NCBI GenBank assembly: GCA_965561205.1
Contig: CBEWZU010000001.1
Span: 9,857-73,856, forward strand
Direction of reading: 5' to 3'
DNA: 64,000 nucleotides
From: an uncultured Archaeoglobaceae archaeon
GTDB taxonomy: Archaea; Halobacteriota; Archaeoglobi; Archaeoglobales; Archaeoglobaceae
A program made the position numbers and the translations under genes. The first letter of the stretch is position 1; the number at the start of each line of letters is the position of its first letter. The notes beneath the pieces were generated by a model that saw nothing but the letters and a program-made list of their open reading frames with translations, made no database searches and had not been told where the DNA came from. Positions 43,992 to 54,845 of this stretch are shown here, in pieces.

Positions 43992-44603
43992 TTACGCTCT
44001 GAACATATATCTCAGCGGAATCCTTTTGCAGCAGACCTTCGTTTTGCCCTTCGCTATTCCCTTCAAAACATCGTTGTAGAATATCAGTGTCATACCGTAT
44101 CCCACCGTTTCGATACGGTGAGCGTCGCTTCCCGCTATCATCGGCTTATTGAATTTTTTAGAAATTTTCCACGATAAAAAGTTACAAAAACCCGTAAGAA
44201 ACTTGGCGTTAAAAACCTCAATCGCATCTACGTATCTAAAAAGCTCCAATCTTCTCACACCGTGCCTATCTATCTGAAAGGGATGGGGGATGGCAGTCAA
44301 GCCGTTTTGTTTTTTCACTTCCCAAACGCTTTCCTTTAAACTCATCCCTCTGTCGATATCCCTGCTCACCCCGTAGGCTAAGAGATGCCCGTCTGAGGTC
44401 GTTATCTCAACTCCGGGAATTATTTCGATATCAAGGTGTTCGTCTCTGACAAATTCGGCCGCCTCAAGACTTCCGTTCAGAGTGTCGTGATCTGTTACCG
44501 ATAAGGCGTTTAAACCGAGCTCCAAAGCTCTTAAAACTATCCTTTTCACGTTATCTCGACCGTCGCTGTGATTTGAGTGAACATGGAGTTCAGATCTGAA
44601 CAT
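43992..44603 (-). CDS. PHP-domain phosphoesterase
   Basis: LHVHSNHSDG, TDHD, GHLL, GSDAH. Confidence 0.92.
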   Translation of the reverse strand: MFRSELHVHSNHSDGRDNVKRIVLRALELGLNALSVTDHDTLNGSLEAAEFVRDEHLDIEIIPGVEITTSDGHLLAYGVSRDIDRGMSLKESVWEVKKQNGLTAIPHPFQIDRHGVRRLELFRYVDAIEVFNAKFLTGFCNFLSWKISKKFNKPMIAGSDAHRIETVGYGMTLIFYNDVLKGIAKGKTKVCCKRIPLRYMFRA

Positions 44604-44638
44604 CAGAAGGTTTTTGAAAGGGCGGAAAATTAAAGCTT

Positions 44639-46054
44639 ATGAAAGTCCTGCTCGTCACCGGGAGATTGGCCAAGAAAATGGTCAAGCAGAATTCGGGAGG
44701 CGCCGACGTCCTCGTTCTTGATATCGATGTAGCGGCTTTTATCACGGACAGGCATCTCGAAGACATTGACCTATCGGGATACGACCTTGTTCTTGTCCCG
44801 GGACTCGCAAAGGGTAACTGGAGAAGATTGGAAAAGAAAAAGGGAGTTATGATCAGACTGGGTCCTGTTCACGCTTACGATATTCCTAAAGTGATAGAGA
44901 TGATTGAAAAGATAGAGCTTTCACATGAAATTCCAGCAGACAGGTTGTTGAATTTGAACAGAGAGGAGGAGCTGTTTAAACTCGTTGGCGGTTTAGATGT
45001 GGGAGTGTTTGATATAAACGGAATTCAGATAGGTGGGAACAGCAGGATGAAGATAGTCGCCGAGATTGTTGACGCCACCGAGCTTGAGAGGGACGAACTA
45101 ATTCAAAGAATCGAATACTACTTGGAGAGAGGTGCGGACATAATTGATTTGGGAATTCCCATATCCTACGATCTCTCAGATGTAAAAAGAGCTGCGAAAA
45201 CTGCGAGGGATTGCTGTGACGCTTTAAGCATCGACACTTTTTCGAAAAAGGCGATTGAGGTTGGTATTGCGGCTGGTGTGGACATGATTATGAGCGTTTC
45301 CTTAAAAAATTTAGAGGTTTTAGAATTAATCGAGGATCAAGTGGTTGTCGTTGTTGAGAAAAACGTTGATAAGCTGAAGCATATGGTCGAGCTTGTAAAG
45401 ACAAAAACGGATAGAGTTATAGCGGATCCTGTTCTCGAAATCTTCGGGGTTTTTGAAAGTCTCTCAAGATACAAAAAGTTCAGAGAAATCGATCCTATCA
45501 CGCCGATGCTATTTGGTGTGGGGAATGTAACGGAGCTTTTTGATGCAGATTCCCATGGGATCAACGCGATTATGGCTTATATCGCCGAAGAAATAGGAGC
45601 AAATCTTTTATTCACAACAGAGGCAAGTCCGAAGACAGTAAACTCGGTTAGAGAGCTAAAAATAGCGAGTTATATGAGTAAGGGATCGAAAATCAAAAAA
45701 ACTCCTCCAAAAGACCTCGGATTAAGCTTGCTCATAATCAAAGAGAAAGTGAGATATCCAGAAGCTGAATTGCCAGATTGTTTGAAAGCGAGGGAGAAAA
45801 AAGAATTTATCAGAGATCCGAAGGGAGATTTCAGAATATGGCTATCTAAGGGATGGATCGTCTGCAGTCATGAAAAGGCTTGTGTTGTAGGGAGGGATGC
45901 AAAGAGCATAATAGATACCGTTTTAGATTTAGATCTTATCAGTAGACTCGATCACGCCGCTTATCTCGGAAGGGAACTGAAGAAAGCTGAAATAGCACTT
46001 AGATTGAAGAAAAATTACATCCAAGATCAGGAGTTGAATTTTGGGATATATTGA
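44639..46054 (+). CDS. Dihydropteroate synthase-like protein with DUF4346 C-terminus
   Basis: IVAEIVDA, GADIIDLG, SIDT, GNVTELFDADSHG, RLDHAAYLGREL. Confidence 0.88.
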   Translation: MKVLLVTGRLAKKMVKQNSGGADVLVLDIDVAAFITDRHLEDIDLSGYDLVLVPGLAKGNWRRLEKKKGVMIRLGPVHAYDIPKVIEMIEKIELSHEIPADRLLNLNREEELFKLVGGLDVGVFDINGIQIGGNSRMKIVAEIVDATELERDELIQRIEYYLERGADIIDLGIPISYDLSDVKRAAKTARDCCDALSIDTFSKKAIEVGIAAGVDMIMSVSLKNLEVLELIEDQVVVVVEKNVDKLKHMVELVKTKTDRVIADPVLEIFGVFESLSRYKKFREIDPITPMLFGVGNVTELFDADSHGINAIMAYIAEEIGANLLFTTEASPKTVNSVRELKIASYMSKGSKIKKTPPKDLGLSLLIIKEKVRYPEAELPDCLKAREKKEFIRDPKGDFRIWLSKGWIVCSHEKACVVGRDAKSIIDTVLDLDLISRLDHAAYLGRELKKAEIALRLKKNYIQDQELNFGIY

Positions 46055-46060
46055 ACCGAT

Positions 46061-46507
46061 TTATGAAAACTTATCCATATAATGGCGATCCCACTGTCGT
46101 TCCTTTAATTCTTTCAGTCTTTCATACAATTCTTTGTTATCAGACGCCCTTATCCCTATTTTATAGTGAAAACGAGCGAATAGATATATGGTTCTCTCAC
46201 CGTTCTCAGATTGATATTTTATTCTTAACGGTTTGTTCCACGGCCATGCTCTCTCTTCTCTTCCTTTGAAAACTTCATCGAAGCCGTAATGGACATCTGT
46301 TATATTCCTCAAGGGTATTTTTAGTTGGAATTTCTTATTCTCTTTTACATCTCTCCCATCGAAAATTAACTCCTCATTGCTAAGCTCTATAATACCTTCA
46401 CATCTGTGTAAAGGTTTAAAGCCAGAAGTATGTGCCTTTAACCAGTCTAGCCAGCTTCTGTTCTTTATATCCTCCTCAAATGCCATTAATGAATTTTCCC
46501 ACTTCAT
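46061..46507 (-). CDS. Hypothetical protein
   Basis: Start moved to ATG46507 (SD GGGGGTGG). Confidence 0.6.
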   Translation of the reverse strand: MKWENSLMAFEEDIKNRSWLDWLKAHTSGFKPLHRCEGIIELSNEELIFDGRDVKENKKFQLKIPLRNITDVHYGFDEVFKGREERAWPWNKPLRIKYQSENGERTIYLFARFHYKIGIRASDNKELYERLKELKERQWDRHYMDKFS

Positions 46508-46703
46508 TTTGCCACCCCCTTTTTGATTAATGAATTTAAACTTAAAATTTTTGTTTTGTAGGTTCGCAATTTCGGACAATGCTACGGGGGTATGTGAAGT
46601 TTGTGATAGCAAATTTTGAATTTGAAAAGAGCCTCTCTGCTTATTAGACTTTGCCCGATAGAGCGACAAACTTCGAAGAGGTGAGGAGAGTTTTTGCGAT
46701 GGC

Positions 46704-47177
46704 CTAAGCAAAAGTTGCTATCCACTCTCCAATATGATAAGTTACAACAATAACTATGATGGCAATAATTGAATGTTCTAAGATTGTTTTGTAAGGTTTT
46801 ACGTTTTGCTGCTTAGCAATATAGTAACTAAATACTGCTATTAAACTCAGCCCCCATATAACACAGACGATAATTGCAGTAGAAAGTTGTAAAAACAGAA
46901 CTGGGATAATGAAGGTCAATGCAAACACAAATTTAGACGAAAAAGTAGAAATTGTTGATTCCCATATCTCTTTTGTAGAATGTTTACACTCAGATTCTTC
47001 AGATATGTGGATTCCTAAGGCATCTGACATGGCATCAGCTATTGCTATTGAAAGTATACCTCCTATAACACTAAGGTCTGAATGAGTGCTGGAATGCAAA
47101 CCCACAATTAAACCTAATGTTGTGATAACTCCCGATGTCAAACCAAAACTAAAACCTTTTCTTATCGAGAGTCTCAT
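46704..47177 (-). CDS. VIT1/CCC1-like membrane protein
   Basis: FGLTSGVITTLGL...IADAMSDALGIHISEESE. Confidence 0.8.
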   Translation of the reverse strand: MRLSIRKGFSFGLTSGVITTLGLIVGLHSSTHSDLSVIGGILSIAIADAMSDALGIHISEESECKHSTKEIWESTISTFSSKFVFALTFIIPVLFLQLSTAIIVCVIWGLSLIAVFSYYIAKQQNVKPYKTILEHSIIAIIVIVVTYHIGEWIATFA

Positions 47178-47366
47178 ACATTACTCAAAATTAATCCATT
47201 TAAATAACTTTTTGGGTGTTTGAGCAAAAATATTACTTGACCGACACGGTTCTTGTTGTTATTGTTCTTCTGTCTCGGAAAGCCATTTTTAGCACGATCT
47301 CAGAAAAGATTTAAGCTTTACAACTACTCCAATCCTAAGCCAGCATAATCATCAAAATCGGCCTGT

Positions 47367-47873
47367 TTAAAAAACGAACACCGCAGCGGCAACAACCGTT
47401 GTGTATTCCTTGACCTCAGCTATTTTTGTGATATTGAAAGTCTTAGCTGGCTTTATTCCGAAAGCTGTTTCAAGCATATAGGCGGCGTTTTCTTCCGCTT
47501 TTTTTCCGACATCTTCTCCGTTCCATTCACCGTGATATTCAGTTAGATACCCGTGCAGAGCTGGATCCGATGGGATGGCGGCACCTATACTTGCGAAGAT
47601 CTTTTTTCCCTCTTTGTTGCTCGTCTCCCTCGCCATAACACAGAAGACGATTTGACCGGGATGAAGCTCCCTCATTCCCTCCTCTACATCTATGATTTCG
47701 CATTGGGGAGGGAAGATGCTGCTTACAGGAACGAGATTGAATCTCTCTATCCCAGCATCTCTCAGGGCAAGCTCAAAGCTTACCAATGCATCTTCATGTC
47801 TACCAATACCGCTAACAAAGAATACTTTTTTGGGAACAAGTAACTTGTTCTGATTGAGAACTACCGATCCCAC
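47367..47873 (-). CDS. pdaD: Pyruvoyl-dependent arginine decarboxylase
   Basis: VPKKVFFVSG...SFELALRDAGI...NLVPVSSIFPP self-cleavage site; start moved to GTG47873. Confidence 0.92.
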   Translation of the reverse strand: MGSVVLNQNKLLVPKKVFFVSGIGRHEDALVSFELALRDAGIERFNLVPVSSIFPPQCEIIDVEEGMRELHPGQIVFCVMARETSNKEGKKIFASIGAAIPSDPALHGYLTEYHGEWNGEDVGKKAEENAAYMLETAFGIKPAKTFNITKIAEVKEYTTVVAAAVFVF

Positions 47874-48056
47874 TCCGTGAAATCCGTTTACTCTGTTTTC
47901 TGTGTTCACGTTTAAAGCTATTGGGAAGGTTATATAAGTTTTGCCAGACAAAGAAATCACATTATAAATTGTGAACAATCGATAGATTTTTAAACAATTA
48001 ATACTGAATAATATTTGTGCAAAAATTTAATATCAGATAATATTTGGGTGATTGCA

Positions 48057-49367
48057 ATGAAAAGTTGGATGGTTTACTGGGAGGATGATTGCAGCAGACT
48101 GATCAAGGAGCCAGTTGAAATCGGATCTTTCAGGTATAAGATTTCCCCGATGGCAGCATGGCAACCCATAATCGCAGATGAAGACAAGACTGTCGAAAGG
48201 GGTAAACTCGAGATTGTTAAGATAAAAAAGATAGCTCTACCTGAGAACACAATGGTATCCAATTTAAAACTTCTCAGAAATGAGCTCGGTGTTCTCATCA
48301 CGCTATGCAGATTTGGAAAACCCTTTTTGGTTGAGGAGAAGAAGGAATTTAATAAAGCCGTTTTCCTTCCAATTCATGATGGAGATATTCGAAAAGGAGA
48401 TTTACTGGGAGTTTTGAAAGTTTATTTCGTTGAAATTGATGGTAGAAAACCTACGGAAAAAATTCCCGAAGGTGAGAGGAGAGCAAATCTCGTTTACTTT
48501 AGAGATGGTAAAGTTATTAGAGAAGAGGTGGAAATTAAAAATTACAAGTATATCCAGACTTTTGTTTACGAATACGTTCCAATAATAGCCGCAACAGAAT
48601 TGGAAGTCAAGAAAGGAAGCATATACACCATAGACGTTGAAGAGATAAAAATACCGAGTAACACCATACTCGATTCGCTTTACATTATGAGAAACGCCCT
48701 TGGGGATGTTTTGGATGTTAAGTTGCGGGAAGGTTTCAGAAAAGTTGAAGATCCAAAAACGATTTCGAAAGCGATTTTTGTTGCTGTCAGAGATGGTAGA
48801 ATAGAGGAAGGCGACCTGTTAGGCGTTGCTTCAATCCACCATGTCGCTCTTAAGAGGTTTGCTCCAGAACTATTGAAGAAAGAAGTGAAAGCGAAAATTG
48901 TCTACACAGACAACGGTAACATTTACCGAGAGACTATCAACATCGCTCCTTACGGTCATGAGGGAACACCGAATGGGAAGTGGGAACTCTTAATAGCTGA
49001 CGAAAATAAAACCGTCAAAAGGGGAGAGTTCACACTGATAAAGGTGGAAGATATCACCCTTGACCCAAAAACGGTTGTTTCACCCCTGTTCGTTATGAGA
49101 CACGGACTCGGTGCCGTGATGGATGTTTACGGAACTGGAAAACCAAAAAGGATAGAGGATCCTCAAAAGATTACATATGCATTATTCTTCCCGATCTTTG
49201 ACGGTGTTATAAAGAGAGGCGAGATGATAGGTGTTCTAAAAATCCACAGTGTTGAAGTGAAAACGAGTGAGAAGCTTGTTGAGACTTTAAAGAAGCTTGC
49301 CAGCACTCTATCTCTGAATATGGACAAGGTTGTTGAGCATCCGGATTGGCCTTTCCTATGGCGTTAG
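48057..49367 (+). CDS. DUF22 protein with three tandem domains
   Basis: Three ~145-aa repeats (IIA...RNxLG...DGxIxxGxxxGV). Confidence 0.75.
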   Translation: MKSWMVYWEDDCSRLIKEPVEIGSFRYKISPMAAWQPIIADEDKTVERGKLEIVKIKKIALPENTMVSNLKLLRNELGVLITLCRFGKPFLVEEKKEFNKAVFLPIHDGDIRKGDLLGVLKVYFVEIDGRKPTEKIPEGERRANLVYFRDGKVIREEVEIKNYKYIQTFVYEYVPIIAATELEVKKGSIYTIDVEEIKIPSNTILDSLYIMRNALGDVLDVKLREGFRKVEDPKTISKAIFVAVRDGRIEEGDLLGVASIHHVALKRFAPELLKKEVKAKIVYTDNGNIYRETINIAPYGHEGTPNGKWELLIADENKTVKRGEFTLIKVEDITLDPKTVVSPLFVMRHGLGAVMDVYGTGKPKRIEDPQKITYALFFPIFDGVIKRGEMIGVLKIHSVEVKTSEKLVETLKKLASTLSLNMDKVVEHPDWPFLWR

Positions 49368-50279
49368 CGGTGCATCCGTGATCAGCTCCCCCTTCAAACA
49401 TAACTTCCAAATTTTTTTACATTCGCACTCTGTTTTGAAAACCCCCTTATCTTGGGTTAAAGAGAACTCTTTTATCTCCTTCGCAACCTGATTATCGCAC
49501 TTAAAGCAGTTGTGGGGGCCTCTAATCTTTCCAGCGGCTACGGGATCACAAATAATCTCCACATTAGCCTTCTTTAAAATCTCGACAGCACTCCAAAGCC
49601 ATGGGGGTCTGTAAGCTCCCAGCTTCCACAATCTTTCAACCAAAGTTCTTTTATGGATTGTCATAAGGTTAAGAGATATTATATCGGAATGGGGTTGAAC
49701 ATCTTCTATTGATTTGAGAACGTCATCAATAGCCTCCTTTTCTGAAAGCAGGGGAGGCTTAAGCAGAAGATAAACCTTCACTCTCCCCACTTCTCTGAGT
49801 ATTTTTGAGGCTTCAACAAAATCGTTAAAAGTGAATCCTTTATTTATGAGCTTTTCTCTGTAATAATCGTTGCTCGTTTCGACTCCAATCCCCACTTCCA
49901 CTTCAATTCCCGCCTCTTGAATCTCCCTTGCTGTGTCTTCGCTAATGAATTCGGGTCTGCTCTCGACTATCAGCTTTTTGAAACCCTTTCTCCTTAATTT
50001 ATCGTAAATTCTTTTTCTCAAGTCTTTATTCAGTTCATTATCATCAAAAAAGCTACCCGAAGTAAATATCTTAATTAAATCAGCTTTCTTCTTTTCTAAT
50101 AATCTGTCAAGCTCCGTTTCGATATACTTTGGAGTTGCGTCTCTTTTTGCTTCCAGATAGTAGCTACACATGTAGCACTTTCCCCAAGAACAACCTCTCG
50201 TTGGTAAGATCAATGTCAGACAATCCACAATTTGTCCGTTATATCTCTCCTTTTCTATCCATGCTTTCAGTAGAGCCAC
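49356..50279 (-). CDS. raSEA: Archaeosine biosynthesis radical SAM protein RaSEA
   Basis: LPTRGCSWGKCYMC, KIFTSGSFFD, ESRPEF, YRPPWLWS, GPHNC. Confidence 0.9.
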   Translation of the reverse strand: MALLKAWIEKERYNGQIVDCLTLILPTRGCSWGKCYMCSYYLEAKRDATPKYIETELDRLLEKKKADLIKIFTSGSFFDDNELNKDLRKRIYDKLRRKGFKKLIVESRPEFISEDTAREIQEAGIEVEVGIGVETSNDYYREKLINKGFTFNDFVEASKILREVGRVKVYLLLKPPLLSEKEAIDDVLKSIEDVQPHSDIISLNLMTIHKRTLVERLWKLGAYRPPWLWSAVEILKKANVEIICDPVAAGKIRGPHNCFKCDNQVAKEIKEFSLTQDKGVFKTECECKKIWKLCLKGELITDAPLTP

Positions 50280-51031
50280 CTCCTTCTTTTTATTTTACTT
50301 CCATAATACAATCCGAATGCAAGTCCACCGAGATGAGCGACGTAGGCAACCCCCGTGAAGATGGAGAAGGGTGTCATCAGCAAATTGTATACGGCAAACA
50401 ACACTATGGCTGTTCTTATGTCAACCGGGACGACAAAAAACAAAAGAACCCTTATTTCCGGAGCTATCACGGCAAGAGTTCCCATAACACCGTATATTGC
50501 CCCAGAAGCTCCAACTGCTGGAGCTAAATTGTTAGTTGCGTATGCGAAAAGGATGTAGCAGAGGTTTCCGACAATCCCCGAGAGCAGAAATATTTTCAGG
50601 TAATCTTTCCCGCCAACCCTCCTTTCAAGCTCCGTTCCGAAGAAAAACAGAACGATCGCATTCACGATATAGTGGTCAAAGGAACCGTGCATGAATAAGC
50701 TCGTTATTAGCTGCCATGGCATGTAGTAGAATCTTGTAGGATACAGTGCAAAAAGTCTAAAGAAAGTATCCGAAATTATTGAAAGGACAAAAAATACTGT
50801 AATTATCCCAAGTATAACGTTGTTGTATCCATAAATTTCGAAAATACCTCTCTTCGGTTTGATTGTTTCAACCCTCTGCGGAATATCTCTCTTCACACGG
50901 ACGGGTATATCATAAAGACCATCACATCCGTGTTTTTCGGGTAGTCTATGGTCGGAGCAGAACGTCCCTCCGCAATATGGACATTTGTAAGGTAAATCCT
51001 CTTCCCTACCACATACATCGCATTTTGCCAC
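50267..51031 (-). CDS. Rhomboid intramembrane protease with AN1 zinc finger
   Basis: CDVC...CPYC...FCSDHRLPEKHGC; GASGA; AHLGG; start moved to GTG51031. Confidence 0.93.
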   Translation of the reverse strand: MAKCDVCGREEDLPYKCPYCGGTFCSDHRLPEKHGCDGLYDIPVRVKRDIPQRVETIKPKRGIFEIYGYNNVILGIITVFFVLSIISDTFFRLFALYPTRFYYMPWQLITSLFMHGSFDHYIVNAIVLFFFGTELERRVGGKDYLKIFLLSGIVGNLCYILFAYATNNLAPAVGASGAIYGVMGTLAVIAPEIRVLLFFVVPVDIRTAIVLFAVYNLLMTPFSIFTGVAYVAHLGGLAFGLYYGSKIKRRRWLY

Positions 51032-51227
51032 TCTCTTTCGTTTATTTTTAGCTATTTTAATTTTTCTCAAAAAACATATACAGAGCAAGGTCACCTATCA
51101 AAATCAGCTAAAATTTATAGCTGATCAGATCTACCTTTCCTTTGCGAATAATTTTTGGAAAAATCATGAGGATGAAAGTATCAAGTAGGCTATGACCTAA
51201 AGAAAAATTTATTAAGTATTTCATAAT

Positions 51228-51917
51228 ATGAAATTCATGAACCGTGTAGTCCATGTAATTGCGGTCGGAATGAACAAGGAGAGAATAATGGAAAGCATAA
51301 AAATGAGCGGATATCCAATACAGAAAGCCTATTTGGCTTTACCAAAAGAGGAGGAGTATCAAGAGATTGCAGAGAATATTGAAAAGGCTCTGAGCGTCTT
51401 AATAGAGATAGATAAGATCTACATAGATGAATACGATGTCTACGGATCGGCAATCGAGATACTGAAAGCTGTGAAAAAGGAAAAGGAGGAGGGTTCTGAG
51501 ATCTACATAAATGCAAGCGATGCCCCAAGAACTCTAACAATATCTTGCTACATTGTGGCTCAGTTACTCAACGGCAAACTTTACATTGCATTACCGAAGT
51601 ATGAGAATGGGAAGGAGGTGGGAATAACAAAAGTCGTAGAGATACAGGTTCCACCGCTAAAGAAAATGAGCGAAGACAAGCTTAAGATCCTGAAAGTAAT
51701 CGATGAGAACGGTGGAGAAGTCGAATCAATAAACAGCCTGATAAAGCTCATAGAGGGCAAGTTGGAGAAGCATAAAGCGTATATGGCTCAGAGAGCTAAG
51801 ATGAGTTACCATCTTAAGGGACTTGAAAAGGATGGTCTGGTTGAAACGAAAAGGGAAGGCAAGAACGTCAGGATAAAACTTACTCCCCTCGGAAAAGCGT
51901 TCTGCATTATTTACTGA
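51228..51917 (+). CDS. CARF-like + wHTH transcriptional regulator (DUF6293/Csa3-like)
   Basis: Rossmann-like N-terminus (IYINAS), C-terminal MSYHLKGLEKDGLV...LTPLG. Confidence 0.7.
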   Translation: MKFMNRVVHVIAVGMNKERIMESIKMSGYPIQKAYLALPKEEEYQEIAENIEKALSVLIEIDKIYIDEYDVYGSAIEILKAVKKEKEEGSEIYINASDAPRTLTISCYIVAQLLNGKLYIALPKYENGKEVGITKVVEIQVPPLKKMSEDKLKILKVIDENGGEVESINSLIKLIEGKLEKHKAYMAQRAKMSYHLKGLEKDGLVETKREGKNVRIKLTPLGKAFCIIY

Positions 51918-52509
51918 AAAAGTCAAAGAGCGTTACCTTTTTCTTTTTTGTTTTTTTGAGGAGATCTTTTATTTTCCTGAAATCCTCCTCAATAACCTTT
52001 TTTAGGGGAGGTTTGTAAAGTCCCGCCGCCGGATGGTATGTTGCTATCAAGTATTTTCCGTTCTTTTCTCTGATTTTTCCTCTCTCTTTACTGATTGTCG
52101 TGAAGGGTATTCTGAAGTGATCAAACACCGTTTTCGCAGCAAACCTTCCCAAGCAGACTATCACCTTCGGATTTATCTCTTCAATCTGTTTTAAAAGGTA
52201 AGGAAAGCAAGCTCTTATCTCTTCCTCCGTTGGATCCCGATTGTTTGGAGGTCTGCACTTCAGAACATTCGTTATGAATATGTCCTCCCTTCTAAGCTGT
52301 AATGTGTTCTCAATCAAATCTGTCAGCAGTTTTCCAGCGTTTCCGACAAAAGGTCTTCCCTTTTCATCCTCATCTCTTCCGGGAGCTTCACCGATGAACA
52401 TGATCTCCGCATTCTCTTTACCCTCACCGGGAACGTAATTTTTCTTTGATTTCCAGAGGGGGCATTTTCTGCACGATCTGATCTCTTTTTCGATTCCTTC
52501 GAGACTCAT
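51907..52509 (-). CDS. udg: Family-4 uracil-DNA glycosylase
   Basis: [29 protein letters not shown]. Confidence 0.95.
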   Translation of the reverse strand: MSLEGIEKEIRSCRKCPLWKSKKNYVPGEGKENAEIMFIGEAPGRDEDEKGRPFVGNAGKLLTDLIENTLQLRREDIFITNVLKCRPPNNRDPTEEEIRACFPYLLKQIEEINPKVIVCLGRFAAKTVFDHFRIPFTTISKERGKIREKNGKYLIATYHPAAGLYKPPLKKVIEEDFRKIKDLLKKTKKKKVTLFDFFSK

Positions 52510-52543
52510 TTATCGGACTAAATTTTTGAAAAGAAAAAATTTA

Positions 52544-53854
52544 CTAAAACCTTAGGACTCTTGCGGTAACGGTCACGGGATCCCATATCGGAGTGAATGG
52601 CGGAGCGTAAACGAGGTCTGAGAAGAAAACATCCCTTGTTGTAAAGCTGGCTTGAATGGCGAGGGCGAAAACGTTGATCCTCATCGCAACGTCTTCGTAT
52701 CCGACAATTTGGGCACCCAGCATCCTGTTGGTATCCGCATCCTTAACGGCTTTTATGTAGATTTTCTTTGAGCCGGGATAGTAGGGGACTTTCGTGTGGG
52801 CTTCGATAAAAGTGGATTTCACGTTAAATCCCTCGGCTTTTGCTTCCCGTTCCGTTAGTCCTGTTTTTCCGATTTCCAAATCGTAAAATTTTGTTATCTG
52901 GGATCCTACAATTCCGGGGAATTCAAGCCTCTGACCGCTTATATTTACGCCAGCCACGTATCCCATTTTATTTGCCGTTGGAGCTAACGGAATCCATACG
53001 TTCTTTCCCGTCAAGAGATGTTTTGCTTCAGCACAGTCCCCAGCCGCATAAACGTTTTCGACTGAGGTCTCCATGAACTCGTTTGTCTTTATGGCTCCGC
53101 TTTCACCCAACTCAACTCCGATCTCTTTGGCAAGCTTGACGTTCGGCTTAACACCGGTAGCTAAGATTACGAGATCCGCTCTATATTCGTTTTTGTCGGT
53201 GATTACCTTTTCAGCTTTATCCTTTCCCTCAATGGCTACAACATTTTCGGCTTTGTAATCTACTTTTTTCTCAACTTCCCTTTTTATTATCTCACCGATC
53301 TCTCTATCAAACCTCGGCAGAGGATAATCGTATTTCCCAATAAGAGTTACCCTCTTTCCAATCGTTGTGAGAGCTTCAGCCATCTCTATGCCGATGTATC
53401 CAGCCCCCACGATCACAACGTTTTCCGCATTAGCTGCGGCTCTTTTGATTTTATCCACAATTGGGGGTAAATCAATCGTAAAAACATTATTCAAATCAAC
53501 TCCATCTATCGGAGGTATTCTCGGAGATGCTCCAGTAGCGATTAGAATCTTATCCCATTCGTATTCTTTTTCTTTGCCCTCTTCGTTGACGATTATGGAA
53601 CCTCTTTTGGCTCTTACGACCTTGGCATTTAGATGAACATCTATCCCCCTCTTTTTCACAAAGAACTCGGGCTTGTAATACATAAGTCTCTCGCTCGAAA
53701 AATCGAACTCAATTGCGTAGGGAATTCCGCAGGGTGCATGACTGACAAAGGAAGACGCCTCGAAGACTTTGACATTCCAATCTGGCTTTAATGCTTTAAT
53801 TCTTGATGCTGCTGTCATTCCAGCCGCTCCACCACCTACAATTACCACTTCCAT
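52544..53854 (-). CDS. CoA-disulfide reductase / NADH oxidase family flavoprotein
   Basis: GGGAAG, SHAPCGIPY, GAGYIG, YAAGD, YAPP. Confidence 0.9.
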   Translation of the reverse strand: MEVVIVGGGAAGMTAASRIKALKPDWNVKVFEASSFVSHAPCGIPYAIEFDFSSERLMYYKPEFFVKKRGIDVHLNAKVVRAKRGSIIVNEEGKEKEYEWDKILIATGASPRIPPIDGVDLNNVFTIDLPPIVDKIKRAAANAENVVIVGAGYIGIEMAEALTTIGKRVTLIGKYDYPLPRFDREIGEIIKREVEKKVDYKAENVVAIEGKDKAEKVITDKNEYRADLVILATGVKPNVKLAKEIGVELGESGAIKTNEFMETSVENVYAAGDCAEAKHLLTGKNVWIPLAPTANKMGYVAGVNISGQRLEFPGIVGSQITKFYDLEIGKTGLTEREAKAEGFNVKSTFIEAHTKVPYYPGSKKIYIKAVKDADTNRMLGAQIVGYEDVAMRINVFALAIQASFTTRDVFFSDLVYAPPFTPIWDPVTVTARVLRF

Positions 53855-53885
53855 AATATTGGATTGTGGTTAAAAATTATAATTA

Positions 53886-54845
53886 TTATGTTGTTTCTTT
53901 CACCTCCTTGTCTTGTTCATCGGCTCTTTTCGATACGAATTCATAAACGATTCCGTCAGCTTTCACTTGAAATACATCGCCTTTCACCGTTTTTGTGTGA
54001 ATAACCGGTTTATCTGTGAGCATGAAAATCTTTTTCAAATCTTCAAAACTCTTTAGCTTAACTTTGTTACCTTCAACATATCCATCTACAACGAATGGAA
54101 ACCTCTTTTTTCGATTTATCTTAGCTTTTAAGTTACGGTAATTCATCGGCAGAATTACCGAAAGAATACCAAATGTGATCAGAGGAAATGCAATCCGTGA
54201 AGCGTTTACACTCAGTTTACCTCCAATTATTTTGTTTTCAACGATACTTGAATTCGAATAAGTCTTTCTATCAACCTTTTCAACATTCGTGAAATAAGTT
54301 AAATCATAATCGTTCGCTAATCCGATATCGTGTTTGAAGCTTGTTTTTTCGGTCTTCGCGTTGAAAACTATGCTCAAATCTCTTGACAGTCTGTTAACTT
54401 TAAGTTCACTCTTGATTTCTCCAAATCTTGAGTTCAGTTTTGATAGATTTATAATAAAGCTCTCCTCAACTCTTCCCCTGAACTTCCCGGAGGCTTCGTT
54501 AAGTTTTTCACTCCATAGAATGATTTTATCATTTCCTTTCTTGACGAAATAGACACAGTTCAAAAATAGAGTGTAATTTCCGGAGAGATTATCGTTAATG
54601 CTGTAAGTGTATACACCATGTATTTCTCTGATGAGATTGCTTGGATAGTATTTCAATTCCGTCTTGTCCCCGTAAATACTGTTATTCTTAAGCAAAGCGT
54701 AATTTTTGAATACCCCTTTTTGAATTAGTGTAGTTCTCCCCGTAACTATTTCTCTTTCCGACGGAGTAGTATAAGCCATTACCGAAACCGTTATCGATAT
54801 AGCCATTAAAACCAGTAGAACCAGATTTACAATTTTTTTCTTCAT
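53886..54845 (-). CDS. DUF5305-like membrane-anchored protein
   Basis: N- and C-terminal TM helices; position in the SPase/DUF1102 cluster. Confidence 0.6.
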   Translation of the reverse strand: MKKKIVNLVLLVLMAISITVSVMAYTTPSEREIVTGRTTLIQKGVFKNYALLKNNSIYGDKTELKYYPSNLIREIHGVYTYSINDNLSGNYTLFLNCVYFVKKGNDKIILWSEKLNEASGKFRGRVEESFIINLSKLNSRFGEIKSELKVNRLSRDLSIVFNAKTEKTSFKHDIGLANDYDLTYFTNVEKVDRKTYSNSSIVENKIIGGKLSVNASRIAFPLITFGILSVILPMNYRNLKAKINRKKRFPFVVDGYVEGNKVKLKSFEDLKKIFMLTDKPVIHTKTVKGDVFQVKADGIVYEFVSKRADEQDKEVKETT

